Assembly: GCA_013239625.1 (NCBI GenBank)
Contig: MU054338.1
Span: 6,426,724-6,490,723, forward strand
Reading direction: 5' to 3'
DNA from: Lama guanicoe
Taxonomy: Eukaryota
Length of the DNA stretch: 64,000 bases
The notes under the pieces were generated by a model, which saw only the letters and a list, made by a program, of their open reading frames with translations, did not search any database and was not told the DNA's origin. Position numbers and translations under genes: made by a program. Positions 11,519 to 24,900 of the stretch are shown here, in pieces; the stretch's first letter is position 1, and each line of letters starts with the position of its first letter.

Positions 11519-14500
11519 TTAAAGAGGAGGAAAAGAGCAAGAGTGGAATCACATTGTGGCCACATCTTTTGAGCCCCAGAATGTTGAGACTTGGGGAAAA
11601 TAATGCACATAGCCGTGCACAGTGATGCTATCATTTGGGCTGTGTGTAGGACCCTGACCACCTTGAAGGTCATCATCTTCACCCACTGGGACCCTCCCTG
11701 CCACCCTGATATTCCTGCTGCTCTTAATGCTTGCTCTCGCCTCAGAGCAGCTGTTTGTGGCTTTGATCAGCTTGGCCTTCTTCCCTTTTTGTCCTGAGAA
11801 TCAAGACTTGCCTTTGGGGAGTCACCTCTCTGCTGCTTTTTCCCATCTCCCAGTCTCTGCCCAGAGCCTGTCTGTTCAGAACTCCTGGCCCAGAGACTGG
11901 TTCAGAGATGGCATTTCACCAAGACCAGCCAAAGGAGAGGCAACTCTGGGACTTCCCTCTGATCATCTGAGAAAAAGAAGTTCTGTTGGGGCCACTGGGT
12001 TGGGAGGATGGAAGGGCAGGATATAGTTTGATGTGTCCTTTCACACTTTGTTCCTTCCTTCATTCAAGCACCCTCTCACCCAAGGGCCTTTGCACTGGCT
12101 GTTCCCTCTGCCTGAAGCACACTTCCCGCAGTATTCAGAGCTCCCTCCCTCCGTCCCTCACTTCTTTCTGCCCTCTGCTCCAGCATCACATCCTCAGAGA
12201 GCCCTGCCTACCCTGACCACCCTTTCTTAAAGAGCATTACCCTGTTAACCCACTTTATTTCTCTTCAAAGTATTTATCACTGCGGATTTTGTTTTGTTGT
12301 TTATTATCTGTCTTCCTTGCTAGAGAGTGAACTCTGAGACCAAGAACAGGGTTCCTGTTCATTCCCTTATATCCACTACATGAAGTGCTTGGCTTAGAGC
12401 ACTCGAAATGGCCAATGCAAGGAGCGCTTATGTATGGGTCAACAACTGCCTCCCCCTACCCTGTGCCCAAGTCAGTCCAGTTTCACAGGTAGGTAATATA
12501 TTGTTTATCCAATCCTAAGTCTACAGCCTGGTAAATCTTTGCAGAGTATACATCTGTGTAACTACCACCCCACTCAAGATAAGGAACATTGTCAGCACCC
12601 CAGGAAGTTACCTCCAGCCAATCACCAGGCCTCTTCTTCCATCATGTTCTAAAATCTTATAGAATTGAAAGGCATCTTTGTGGCTGTTCATTGCCCGGGC
12701 CACTATGAGTTTTCTGCCAGCCTGTAACTGGCTTGAACACCTGTGCCTGCTTGCTTCTTTTCTAAAAGGGCAGCGGTCCTCTCCCCCTGGCCTGGCCTCA
12801 TCCTGGATCATTCTGGAGCCATATGTCTCAGAGAAGCAAACTGCAAAACTGAACGCCCACCACCAGAGCAGAGAAGAGCTTGAGTAAAGTCTGCTGATAA
12901 CTCACAGACTGTCTCTGGGTGCCAGAGGAGCTGGCTTTGGAGGGCTTCCAGCCAGGAGCAGCTGCTGGGACACAGTGAAAAAACCATCGCATGGATCTGC
13001 TCTTGTGGAGCTGACCTAGAAGTGGGGGAAGGCAATAAACAGTGAGCGAAGTATATCCTATGTCCACAGTGGCAATGGCGAAAAAAATTGGGGATTGGTG
13101 GGCAGGGCTGGGATGGCTGCAGTTTGAAGTCAGATGGTCTGCAGGAAAGTCCTTCCAGGGAGTCAGACGACCTTGTCAAGCAGTTTGCAGGATGGAGGAT
13201 GTTCTAGGCAGAGGGAACAGCCAGTGCAAAGTCCCAGAGGTTGACTGTGCTTGTGGAAGGAGCAGCAAAGATCCCCAAGGTCTGGAGGGAGGAGGGGAGC
13301 AAGCACCATCCAGGAAAGGGTAGAGAGGTCCTGTAGGGCCCTAGCGACCCACCTGGGGACAGTGGCTTTCACTCTGGGTGCATTGAAAGCTATAGAAGAG
13401 ATAGGACCCCTCCTGCATCACTTGTGTACATGCGCTCAGGTCCTTGCTCCTCTCCGACAACCCCAACTAACACTAGCTTTCCACCTGCACCTCACACCTC
13501 AGAGAGCCTAGGGAAAAAAGAAAGAACCCCCACGACCCTTGTAACATTCCTTGTTCACGCAGTGCTCTCCCATGCTTTGTGCACAAAGATGACTTCTCAC
13601 ACCTTCATTCTCTCAGCTTCCCACATCTCTCCACTCACTGCTCTCTGCCGATGACCTTCCGTCTTATCTGAGCAAACAGTTGTTCCCATTCATATTCTTC
13701 CACCACAAAAGCCAGGAGTGCTTATGCCCACATCCCTGCCTTCCCCCGTTCCAGACACCCCTCTCTGACTCTCCCCACGTGCACTTTTTCTCCTTCTCCT
13801 CTCCCCGGGGCTCAGACCTGCCTCTCTCTCTCGAGGGCAGATGGTCTCAGCCAGTCCTGGGACTTAAAAGACCACCAAAAAACTGGGCACTCCCGATGGC
13901 CTGTCTCCAGCCTGTAAGTCCCCCTGAGGTCCAGACCCACCTGTGCAACCATCTATGTGACAGCTTCCCTTGGAGGTGTATTCAGGGAGTCCAAAATCAA
14001 CCTACCTGCCCGGATCCCTTCGGGTCCACTTTATCGTTTCTCTGCACCCTTGCCAGGGCTTTGTGTGCTTTTGCTCAACTGCCTGTACCTGCAACTCTTC
14101 TTCAGAGAACTGCCACTGGGCTCTGGGCCACGTTGCCAGTGCACACTCAGAGAATCAGAAGTGCCTGGGAGCTTACATTTCCCCAGGCTGCCTTTAATCA
14201 GGAACTTAGTGCAGGATGGCTTGGAGACATCACTCATCCTCCGGAGCTCCCCACGAGATCAGGCGATGTCTGCTCTCTGCAGGACTCTGCCTGGGCTTGC
14301 CTTCTCAGCACTGCTTCCTCCTGCTTCTTTGGCGTCTTTCACATTCCATGTGTAATCAATCAGATCATCTCCTCTTCCAATTATATCCCAGACTGCATAC
14401 TTTTCATCCCCTTCACCAAGACATATCATCATGTACCCAGATTAGAGCAATAGCTTCCTCACTGGCCTCTCGGCTTCTATTTTGCTAACACTGTGCACTT

Positions 14501-15908
14501 CCCCAGGCCAGGGACTGTGCCCAGCTGTTAACGTTCATTCAGCTGCGTGAATACTGAGTGCCTGCTGTGTACCAGCACTCCGTCCTGCCCTGGGATAAGG
14601 TACTATAGAAGAGGCAAGAACCCCTGTCCCCTCTGAGCTGACATCCTGAGGATGGAGGCTGACAATGAGCAAGGGAAAACACAATGAAATACTTGCAGAT
14701 TGTGACAAGCACCACGAAGAAAATAATACACAGGGTGACGCCATTGCCAGGAGAGGCCAACTTTAGATGAGCAGGGAAGGCTTCCTGGAGGTGATCTCTG
14801 AGCTGAAAGCAGGACCGTGAGGAGCTAGCCATGGAGTCAGGTGGAGAGCATTTTAGGCACAAGACCTGGGGCCCTGGCAGCTGGATGAGTCAACAAGGAG
14901 GAGTAATGGGGCAGATGGGGCAGGGCTGACTTTGGCTTTCACTCTGAGGCAAATGGGAGCCATGGAGGGTTCTTGAGCAGAGGAGGGATGGAATTCACTC
15001 AAGGGTTTGCAGGCTCCCTTCTGTGCCTATGGGGGAAACAGTGAAGGGGTGGATGACAGGAGCTGGGGACCAGGACAACAGACTGCACTGGTCTCAGGGA
15101 GTGATAATGAGGGCTGGGAGCTGAAGATCTGGGGAGAAGTGGGCAAGTTGAATAGTCATTTTGGAGGCAGGGCTAACAGGAGCTGGGAGTAAGAAAGAAC
15201 AAACTCAAAGACCTAGGTGAACAAGCAAACCCTGTCTGTACAGGGTAGAGGGTGAGGGCTTTGGGGTCAAGGAGACGAACTTCTCAGCTCCTTTTCTACT
15301 GGACAACCTGAGACACATTGCCCAACTTCCCTGCCTTAATTAATGAGTGGGGAGAGCATGTGTGTAGGTAAGAATTTCTCCCCAAATGGTAGCTATTCCA
15401 GAAGAAATTCCGGGGTCAGGGATGTTGGTTGCGGGGAGAAAGGCAGTTAACATGGTTGGGCAGTTGGCCCAGAAGCGACTGTGACAGACAGCTGGCACCA
15501 GGGGGCAGTAGTGAGCCTCCAGGCAGCAGGGTAGGATGGCTTTGCAGGTTTGAAGCCCCTGGACTAGACTGTGGGTCCCAGATGCCTTTGCCCAGGACGG
15601 GGACAAAGCAGGCCTGGGGGCACGTGTCCAGGCTTTGTGCCGAGAAGGTAGGCAGGTCATTGCAGCCTTCTGGAGTCTACAAATCAGAACCTAATAAAGG
15701 GCATTTGTTCAGGAGAAACTTGAGCTGCCTGCAGGGTGGAATTTAGGTGGAGACGGGCCAGCAGACAGAGGGCTTCCTGCCCTCCCTCCTTCCCCTGGGG
15801 AGAGTCGCCCCAGCTCAGAGGATCCCAGGGCAGTTAAAGCTGGGGTTCCCCACTAGCCTCCCACTCCCCCAACAAACACTCCAGGCCCAGGCTCTGTACA
15901 ATAGGCAC

Positions 15909-15914
15909 TTTATT
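15909..15914 (-). terminator. SLC44A2: SLC44A2 polyadenylation signal AATAAA
   Basis: tttatt on + at 15909-15914, about 1.1 kb after the stop codon, followed by GT-rich sequence on the minus strand. Confidence 0.7.
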
Positions 15915-17013
15915 AGTGGTTGGAATGCAGTTACATGTAGGGGTGTGCAGACAGAATGGGGGAGGAGGGGCAGCAGGCACAGGAGACAGAAACCCCAGGC
16001 TGGGATTTCTCTCTCTCTGGGATCCCAGATCCGGGGGCCTTGGGATATGGCGAAGGGGGAACTGGGACACCAGTTCCCCTGAGTTTAACAAATTTGGCAA
16101 ATTACACTCAAGGCGAGGTGACTGGGCAGGGAGGCCCCATTTGCCCATCTCCTCTCCCCCTGAAATCCTCCCTTCAGTGGATTCAGTTTCTTTTCTCTCT
16201 TACAAAGAGAGCTGTGTCAATAACTGGCATAGAAAAGGGGGAAATTCGGTCCAACCCCGCCAGCCAGCCAGCCAGCAGGTTTCCATTAAGCAGTTATTAG
16301 CAACCTCCTCCCTCCTGCTCCACACCAGCCGCCCTCCCCCAACAGTCCCCTTCCCTCTTCTCCCAACAACATCGCCCGCTACTGCCTCCTGTGCCAGGGG
16401 ACACCCCCACCTGGGTACACACACTCCCACCCCTGTCACATCCAAGGAAGGGACATCGGAAAGCATTCCTTAGCAGCCCCAGCTCAGCCGTGAAGACAGA
16501 AAAAAGTTAATAGACCCTTTAATGCAAGTCCAGGCTGAAAAAAAAATAATAAAGAAATTCCTGGAGTGGCAAGTAGCCAGCTGCTCAGCCCTGGAGAGGG
16601 TCCTGGCATCCTGGTCAGAGCACATAAGTGAATGGGGGGGGCCTTAGAAGCTTGAGCTGACTATGGCCACCGCTCCTGCAGATGCAAATGTTGTCCTGTC
16701 ATAAGAGGGAGACAGGATGCGGGAGGCAGAGGACAGAGGCCAACCCCCTCGCTGGGCTTCTTATCTGAGCCGGGGGCTGAAGAGACTCATTGCACTGTCT
16801 TGGGGGGGGCCACCGTGAAAACTCCAACTGGCCCTTGGCATAGGGAGATGCCCCAATCCTCCAGGTTCCCGGAAACTGGTGGTAACTGGATGATGGGGGG
16901 CGGGAAGGGGCGGCAGTGATAGGACATCAGGTAAGCCCGAGGGGCCGGGGTTCTGATCCGGCTGCCGAGCACCCGCTGTGAGACTTCCGGGGAGGTGTGG
17001 GAGGGCGGGGCAT

Positions 17014-18923
17014 TTAGGACTCTGCCGGCTTCTTGTTGGTCTTTTTCAAAAGCCTCTTGAGGGTGGGAGACATGAAGTAAGGCCTCTCGGCCGTGCCATC
17101 GTTCCTCTCCAGGTCCTCCACTGCAGAGAGAGGCCCCAGAGCAGGCGGTGTGAGCAGGGCCCACGGGCAGGGGCCTCCGGGGACAGGGCGGGCGGACGGG
17201 GGCCACAGAGAAGCCTCAGAGGGTTAGGAAGCAAGAAACACGGGGATGGGAGGTGGCAGACTGGAAACGGGACACACACTCGCTCCCCACTCCCAGGCCA
17301 GGAAGCCCCCACATGCACCCCGGGTCTACAGGGAGGAAACGAGGAGGCCTGCCTGGCCCCCAAGCCAGCCTCCCCTTCTACTCCTCCACGTCGGCCCGCT
17401 TCCCCTCCTCCGCACTCCCCTTCAACAGGATGTCTCTCAGCTCGGGCGACATGAAGTAGGGTCGCTCCTGAGAGCCGTCATTCCTTTCCAGGTCCTCACC
17501 TGGGCTCCCCCCAGGAACCAGCAGGAGGAAAGTGGGGTAGTCAGGAAGGGAGGGGAGGAGGGAGGCAGGGAAGAACAGGGAAGCCAGCAGGCATGGAGGA
17601 GAGGCAGAGAAAAGAGAAAACAAAAACAAAAGAAAACAACAAAAAAAAAACAAAACAGACAGATGGAGAGACCAGAGTTAGTGGCAGCCACAGATCCCCC
17701 CAACAAAGCCAGAAACTCCAAAGCTGAGGGCCCAGGGGCAGAGAGTTCCAGCCACAGCCTGGACCCGGGGACAATAGGATGGAGCAGCTCTGAGTGCAGA
17801 GGGAAGCCATGGGGGCATGCCGGGGCCCTAGGATGAGGGACAATCAGGCTCTGGGGTGGCTGGGGGCACCAGGCATGCCAACGTGTAGCCCCATCGGAGG
17901 GAGATGTTCTGCCCAACGGGGAGAAGGGAGTCAGGGACCATCGAGGGTCAGGGGAGGGGTCACTCACAGAAACAGAGGAATAGTGTATCCACACACATTC
18001 CGTAGACGCTGAAGAAGCCGTGCGCAATCAGGTAGGAGCCGATGATCACCGTCTGGACAGGAGAGACAAGCTGTTCCCACCCCTGCTCCTGCCTAAGGCA
18101 ACCCTCCTGGGTTGGAGTCTCGCCATTTCCTTGCTGATAAGCCCCTCCTCTGAGGCCTTCCTCTGGCTCCAATTTTATGCAAGTTTAAGACATGACAGGT
18201 TTAACGCTAGTCTGTGTCTATCCCATTTATTGCTAGATCCCCGGACATTTGGAGACTCACAGAACCTTGCTAGGTACCTGTAAACATTTACGGGCTGAAG
18301 TGAGCGGACTTCAGAGATTAAATAACTTGGCCATAGTCACTCATCTCAGAACTAGCAAAAAGAGAATGAAGATAAAAATCTAGGACACTGGGCCCCAAGG
18401 CCTGCTCTCAGATACCGTACTGCCCTTTGAGTGATGCCTTAACCCATCCACGGCCTCATCACCTCCCTGCCCCTATCTCCACATCCTCATCCCTTCACTA
18501 CCTCCACACCAGCCACATTGATTTGCTCACTGTTCCTGGCATAGTCCCTGCACGTCCCCTCTGCTTGGATGTTGCCTGCATTGCCTTCAGATCTTAGATG
18601 TGACGTAACTTTCAGGGTGAAGCCCCCGGACTCCCACGCCTGCCCAAATCTTCCACCACAAGCTCTAATAGTCAGTTCCCTGTAATTCTGCCCTGCGGCA
18701 CATACAAGTTTGCAATCACACATCAGCATCAACTAATGTCTACTTATTCCTGCACGGTAAGGCCTCTTTCCTCATAAAGGAAAAGGTCCATCTCATGCCT
18801 GGAACAGAGGACGCATTTAATAAATGTTTGTGGCCTGAATTAATCACCAGTTCCCCGCCTCTGAACCCCATCCACATCTGTTTATTTTTTGAAGGGGGGA
18901 AGGTAATTAGGTTTATTTAGATA

Positions 18924-18972
<49 letters not shown>

Positions 18973-21900
18973 TGTTTTTGTTTTTAGTGGAGGTTCTGGG
19001 GATTGAACCCAGGACTTTGTGCATGCTAAGCATGTGCTCTACCACTGAGCTATACCCTTCCTGCCGATCCATATCTGTCTAGTCAAAGGAGGCCAGGCGA
19101 GTTCCAACAACTCCTTCTCCCCAGACCCCTGTCCATCCCCAAAGGTTCATACCAATATAGGGACCCAGTAGTAATTGAGGGGTGGTGCTGTGTCCTGCAC
19201 GATCCTGATTCGATGGGTGAAGAAGAAGAAAGCCAGGATTCCTGGAGAGGGATGAGGGTTCTGGATAAAGGAAGTAGCCCCCACAACAAGACCCCAGGGG
19301 AGAAGATACTCATCACAGAAAATGTGGGGGCCCAACAGCAGTTCACAAGTGTCCGCAACAGGCTCCCTGCAGCTGGACAGGCTGGGTAAGCGGCACTCAC
19401 CCACGCTACCCACGATCAGAAGTTTGCCCAACAGGAAGAGGAAGTCAGTAACTTTGTCCAGGACGGCCACTCTGCAGGGGACAGAGGGAAGCAGGCATGA
19501 ATGATGGTTCAGAGCCCTGAGGAGGAGGGAGTTGGTGAGAGGGTGTTTTCCCTGACCTGATGATGTTTCTCATGAGCAGGAAGAAGGCGTTTCTGGCCGA
19601 GGTGCAGAAGTTGGTGCCATAGATGGCAATCTGGAGGGAGGTGGGAGGGATGAATCAGGCCCACCGGGTGGGAAATCAGGGCTTCTCCCACCCAGCAGGA
19701 GCTGCGGGATTACTTCCTGGTCCCAGGCCTACTCACCATGATGTAGGCATTTCTGTTGAGGAATTTGATGAATTTCTCCAGGCACCAGAAACAGCATTTG
19801 AGACAGGTCATGAGGAACTTGGCAAACTTGTTCTCCGCAGCTGGCAGACAGGGGAGGGATGCAGCGGTGAGAGGGGACCCCACTAGCCTGGTAAGACACC
19901 CCCCAGACCTCCTCCTTACAGGAACTTGCTACAGCCCTGGACTCAGAGCCCACCTTCTCCAAGAGAAGGTGAGAAGAGACTTGATCCAGGACCCTTGGGG
20001 TCCTGCCCCACACCCTAGTAGGAACTAACCTGGGCTGGGACCCTCAGCCCCGCCCCCCTTTTTAAAAAGGGGCACTCAGCCCAGTCTCCAAGACAGGGCT
20101 CAAAGACAACCCACAACACCACCCCAGCCCCACCTTCCTGACAGAAGCCAATTCTTTTTTTTGACAGAAGTCAATTCTTGATGCTTCTCTGGCTCTACCC
20201 AAAAGGTCAACCAATCCCATCCCAACCCTCTCTTCAGAAGCCAATGGTGGTTCAGGACTCTTGTTCCTGCCTCCTCAGCAATATGAACACCACTCATTGG
20301 GCTCTCAGCCACGCCTCCATCATAGGAACCAATCACTCAAGCCCCTCAGCCCCACCCTTTCCCCCTCTTTGGCAGGAACCAATCCCTGCCTCACCATCTT
20401 AACCCCACCCCCACACAAGAACCAATCCCAACCTGCCCCTTAGCCCCGCCTACTATGGGAGTCGGGTCCAACCACATGTGGGCCATACCTTTCAGGCGCT
20501 GATCCAAGTATTCCAGCATCACTCGGATGATCTGCACAATGGCCAGGATGAGGGCACCAAAGGCCAGGGAGCCTGTATGATACCTTTGGGCCAAGGGGGT
20601 GGTCAGTGGCTAGGCCAAGACTCTTCCATTCCGTCTCACTCCCACTCCCAGCCCATCTGGGACCCCACCTGAGCGCCCGGCCGAAGGCAGAGAAGAGCGG
20701 GAAGGCAGGTAAGTCATCCGGCTTGTTCAGGGCCCAGTAGTAAGAGGCGAAGGCCCCAGCCAGCGTGACCTGGCCCAGCGCCAGCACGAAGTTGGCCAGC
20801 CAGAAGAACATGAAGACATTGAAAATCTGCAGGCCCAGGAGGGCTCGATGGTAATTTGACTCACCACCATAAAAGGCGAACTGACAGTAGGCACCAGGGC
20901 ACAGGCGGGATTCGTTGGAGGAGGGGAAGGTCTGTGGGAGGGACACAGAGTCACATCATAGGGGCTGGGGTTCAGAGTAGGCTCTGGGCATCAGGTCCTG
21001 ATCAGGTAGACAGTAGGGTGGGACGGGAGTCATAAGGATCAGAGTTAAGTCAAGAGATTGGGGGCTTAGGATAGGGGCTTGCAAAAGGGGTTCTAGAAGA
21101 AAGATTAGGGTTCATGGTTTCAATGGGCATCAGTGAGGTGGCACAGGCTATCTCGGGGCTCAATGGAGTGACCATGTGGACAGATCATGAGTGGCAGACA
21201 TCAGTATGAGGACCACAGGGGTCAGGTTAGGGCCTTGTGAAAAGCAAGGAAGGGGTTCTAGAAGCAAGAACTGGCCATTAGGGTTAAGAGAAGGGTGTGG
21301 GAGCAGGAAATGAAGTCAAGGGAGAGAAAGGTGGGTGGTTCAGCACTTGGGTGGGGGCAGCTGCCAGGTTGAATCCTTCCCTTCCATGCCCCCAACATCC
21401 AGCACAGGACATACAGCAGGCACCAAATGTTTGTTCAATGGTCCCAAGTGGAGATGAGAGGCTTCAGATCATCTGTGGGCTGCTAGGGAAATAGCCATCC
21501 CCCCACCTCCGAACACCCACCTCAGGGTTGCAGGTTTTCCCAGCAACTGAGCAGGCAGTGTCACTGAAGATCTTATAGACGGCTTCGTTGGAAGTGGACA
21601 GGAAGCTGGAGGCTTGTTAAGGAACCCAAGGTCTGGGATTAGGGATTCCAGGGGCACCTGGGGAAGAATCCATTCCCCCACCACGTTCCGGCCTTGTCCT
21701 CAAGCTGCAGGTCACCTCCAAGTTAGGCACTTAGCCACCCCCAGGGTGGGAGATCGGGGTCTGACAGTGGATACATAGCCGTGCTAGCCCAGTAGGCGAT
21801 GCAAAGACACAGCAGGAAGAAGGTGACCAGTGGGTACAGCAAGGAGCACATGACGTATCCCACAGCCCTGTGGAGGAACAGAGACACAGGCATCAAGGCC

Positions 21901-24900
21901 AGAGCAGCCCTGGGACCACCCTAGCCCGATCCCCTGACACCCTGGCACCCACCTGCTGGCTTCTTTGATGAGTGCAATGGCGATGAGAATTCTCTTCCGT
22001 AGAAAGATGAGCAACAGGATGATAATAACCTCGAGGATGCTCAGAATGATCACTGCAGGGGGCAGAGGGTGACCGAATCTGCTACCTGCCTGGGATCCCC
22101 ACCCAGGTCTCACTGGGGGCAGGAGTGGGGAGCTGGGACTCACTGAAGGCCATCCAGGTCTGGCGCAAGTGCAGGTATACGCGGAGGTCTGTCTGGAAGC
22201 CAAGGTCCACCAGGGAGATGTCGGAGCCGGCCTCACCACGCAGTCGAGCGTACTCCATGTAGCAATGAAATATTCCTGCATGGGGGAACCACTGTGCTAC
22301 GACTGCCCTCAGCCCACCAACTGCTCCCCAGTGTTGCAAAGCAGGTACAAAGCCACTCCCATTTAACAGAAACAAAAACCAAGGCTGAGAAGGGTTGCCA
22401 CTGCTTGCTCCTGCCTCAGGGCCTTTGTACTTGCTGTTCCCACTGCCTGGTACAGTCTCTCTGCAACAGGGTCCCTCACATCCTCCAATCTCTGCTCAAA
22501 TGTCACCTCATGAGACCTTCTAGGATCCCTTCTCCCATGTAGAATCAGACCCTCTCACACTCTGATTTCTCATCTCCCTTCACTGCTTTGACATCCAAGA
22601 GGATTTCTGGTAGGTTTCTTGTCCATCTTGCCCATATCCTCAGGAATCTAAGCCCCATGAGAGTAAGGATTTGTCCTGTTTTATTCATTGCTATGCCTGC
22701 TAAGCCCAGGACCTAGAAAACTGCCCAGAAAACAGTAGTCACTCATTAAATGAATGAATGTCAGGATACTGTGTGGTCTGAGACTTTACTGACCACTTTG
22801 CCCCCTTGTATAATGATTCATGGGTGAGGGGGGAGGATATGGGTGCTAACATTCAGTGGGGCAGCTTTAGGAATTTTCAGAATTCTCCTTAACTCTCTGT
22901 AGAAGAAAATTATAAAATACAGATAAGTACCAAAAAATGAGTCACCTAAACTGCCAGCACCCAGACAGAAGCCACTATTAATATGAATATTTTAACATCT
23001 GTATCCTCTGATTGGGTTGCATGTCTGGCATCTTTCCTCCTGGAAAGTTTAAATAAATAAACAGAACAGGAGGCACTGGGTTCTGAGCATGGCCTCTGGG
23101 TTCCACAGGCCTCAGATCTCCAGGGCCCTCCTCCATTTCTCCTGGACACTATCTTCTTCTCATTAAGCCTCCTAACAAGTAAATACTAATTATGCCCATT
23201 TTATAGAGGAGGAAATTGAAGCATGGAAAAGTTGAGTCTCTCGCCCAAGGTCACAGAGCAAGGAATTGGCAGAGCCAGTGTTTGAAACCCTGGACTTCCT
23301 AGTGTCACAGCATATGGCCTTAACCACCGTGCTAAATGGTCTGCTTGAGAAGGCCTTTACTCTTCGATGAAATACAGATCCCCTCCTATTTTGGAAGATT
23401 ATGATTTAACCCATCTCGCAGGGATGAGCACTGAGGTTATTTCCAAGGGTCTGCTCTCATAAACAAAGTTGAGATAAACATCTTTACAAATATTTCAGAT
23501 CAAAGATGGAGGATGCCTGATGGCTCAGGAGAAGATTCTCCATGGGCCACTGACAGCTCAAAGGGCCTAGGCATTTTGCAGACGGTGGGGAGGGGAGGGC
23601 GCAGGGAAGAAGAGACGCACCATAGCCCAGCACCAGAATCACCATGACGATCATCACCCAGACCATAATGCCAGCCAAGAAGCGGAGCAGGACGATGAAC
23701 AGGAGGCTTATCACCATGGCGATGACCAGGCCTCTGGGGGATAAAATGAGGGCATGAGCGGACCCTTTCCCCTCACCAGTCTCAGACAGGGCAGCCCAGG
23801 GAGGGCTACCTTCTCTCTCCACTTACATGACAATCCAGTACCAGGAGACGGTGTAATCTTCAAATATCCGCATGGCCAACTGTCGGGCCTCCAGGACTCC
23901 ATTGGCCTTCCTGGGGGAAGACAGACGAGGATTAGGTCAGACCTGCCTCCCTTCCTGGGCCAGCCCCAGGGGATGCCCTGTCCCACCCAAGAAACGTGAT
24001 GTGGGCATGGTAGGTTATGGTCCTCACTTGGCGCCTTCCACCAGCTCCGTAATGTTTTTCCGAGCACCGAGTCCATCCTCATAGGTCGTCTCGTTGCCCA
24101 CCATAAGGACCCCTTTGTGGGTATGGATGGCGGGGAAGCATCGCTGGGCCACTGCATGGAGCAGGGGATGGGACCAGTCAGGCTGAGCCCCTGAAACCTC
24201 CCCATGCCCCTCCTGAGCTCACAGGACCACCTGAGCTCATGGGACCCCAGACTCACGGGGTTTGCTGGGGGTGAGGACAGCGGGGCAGTCGCCATCCCGG
24301 AGCACCTCAGCCACACCCTGCCAAGAGAGAGGGAGTGGCTCTCTTAATTCTGCAGGTCGGCACTCTCTACCTGCCCCTGCCCGGGCTCCAAGGACAGCCA
24401 CCCGCTTACCTTGTTGTTCTTAAAGCCAGGCACACAGAACTGCTTGTAGTATTCAAAGTCCTGGGATTTGTGAGCGTTCAGGTAGGTGAGGTAACGGTTG
24501 GGGCATTTCTCCACACAGATCTTGGAAGGGCAGAAGGCAGGATTGGGTAGGGTCAGAACGGACACCTGATCCCCTCTCAAGACAGAGGTTCCACCCCCAC
24601 CCCCTTATTCACCAGGGAGAGAGAAAGGCCTGGGATTCACCAGGGAGAAAGAACGGACTGTGAGAGAAGCTCCAGCTATAGAAGGAAATGGACCTGATGA
24701 TGGAAGGAGGGGTGAGGGGACGGGAAAGAGGCTGGGAGGGGACAAGTTACCTGTGGGGTGGGACACTGGAATTCCAGCAGGACCAGAGGGCTGGCACACT
24801 TCACAATGTTGAAATAAAACAGGTAGGGTTTGTTCCTGGGGTTGGGGAAGGGAGATGGAAACTGTCAAGACTTCTTAGTCAGCCTGTGTAATATACCTTA

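Noticed and set aside
13680..14453. 257-aa ORF, the longest in the track
   Set aside because: Starts at TTG, has no recognisable domain, and overlaps decayed L2-like sequence in the intergenic region; most likely a chance ORF.
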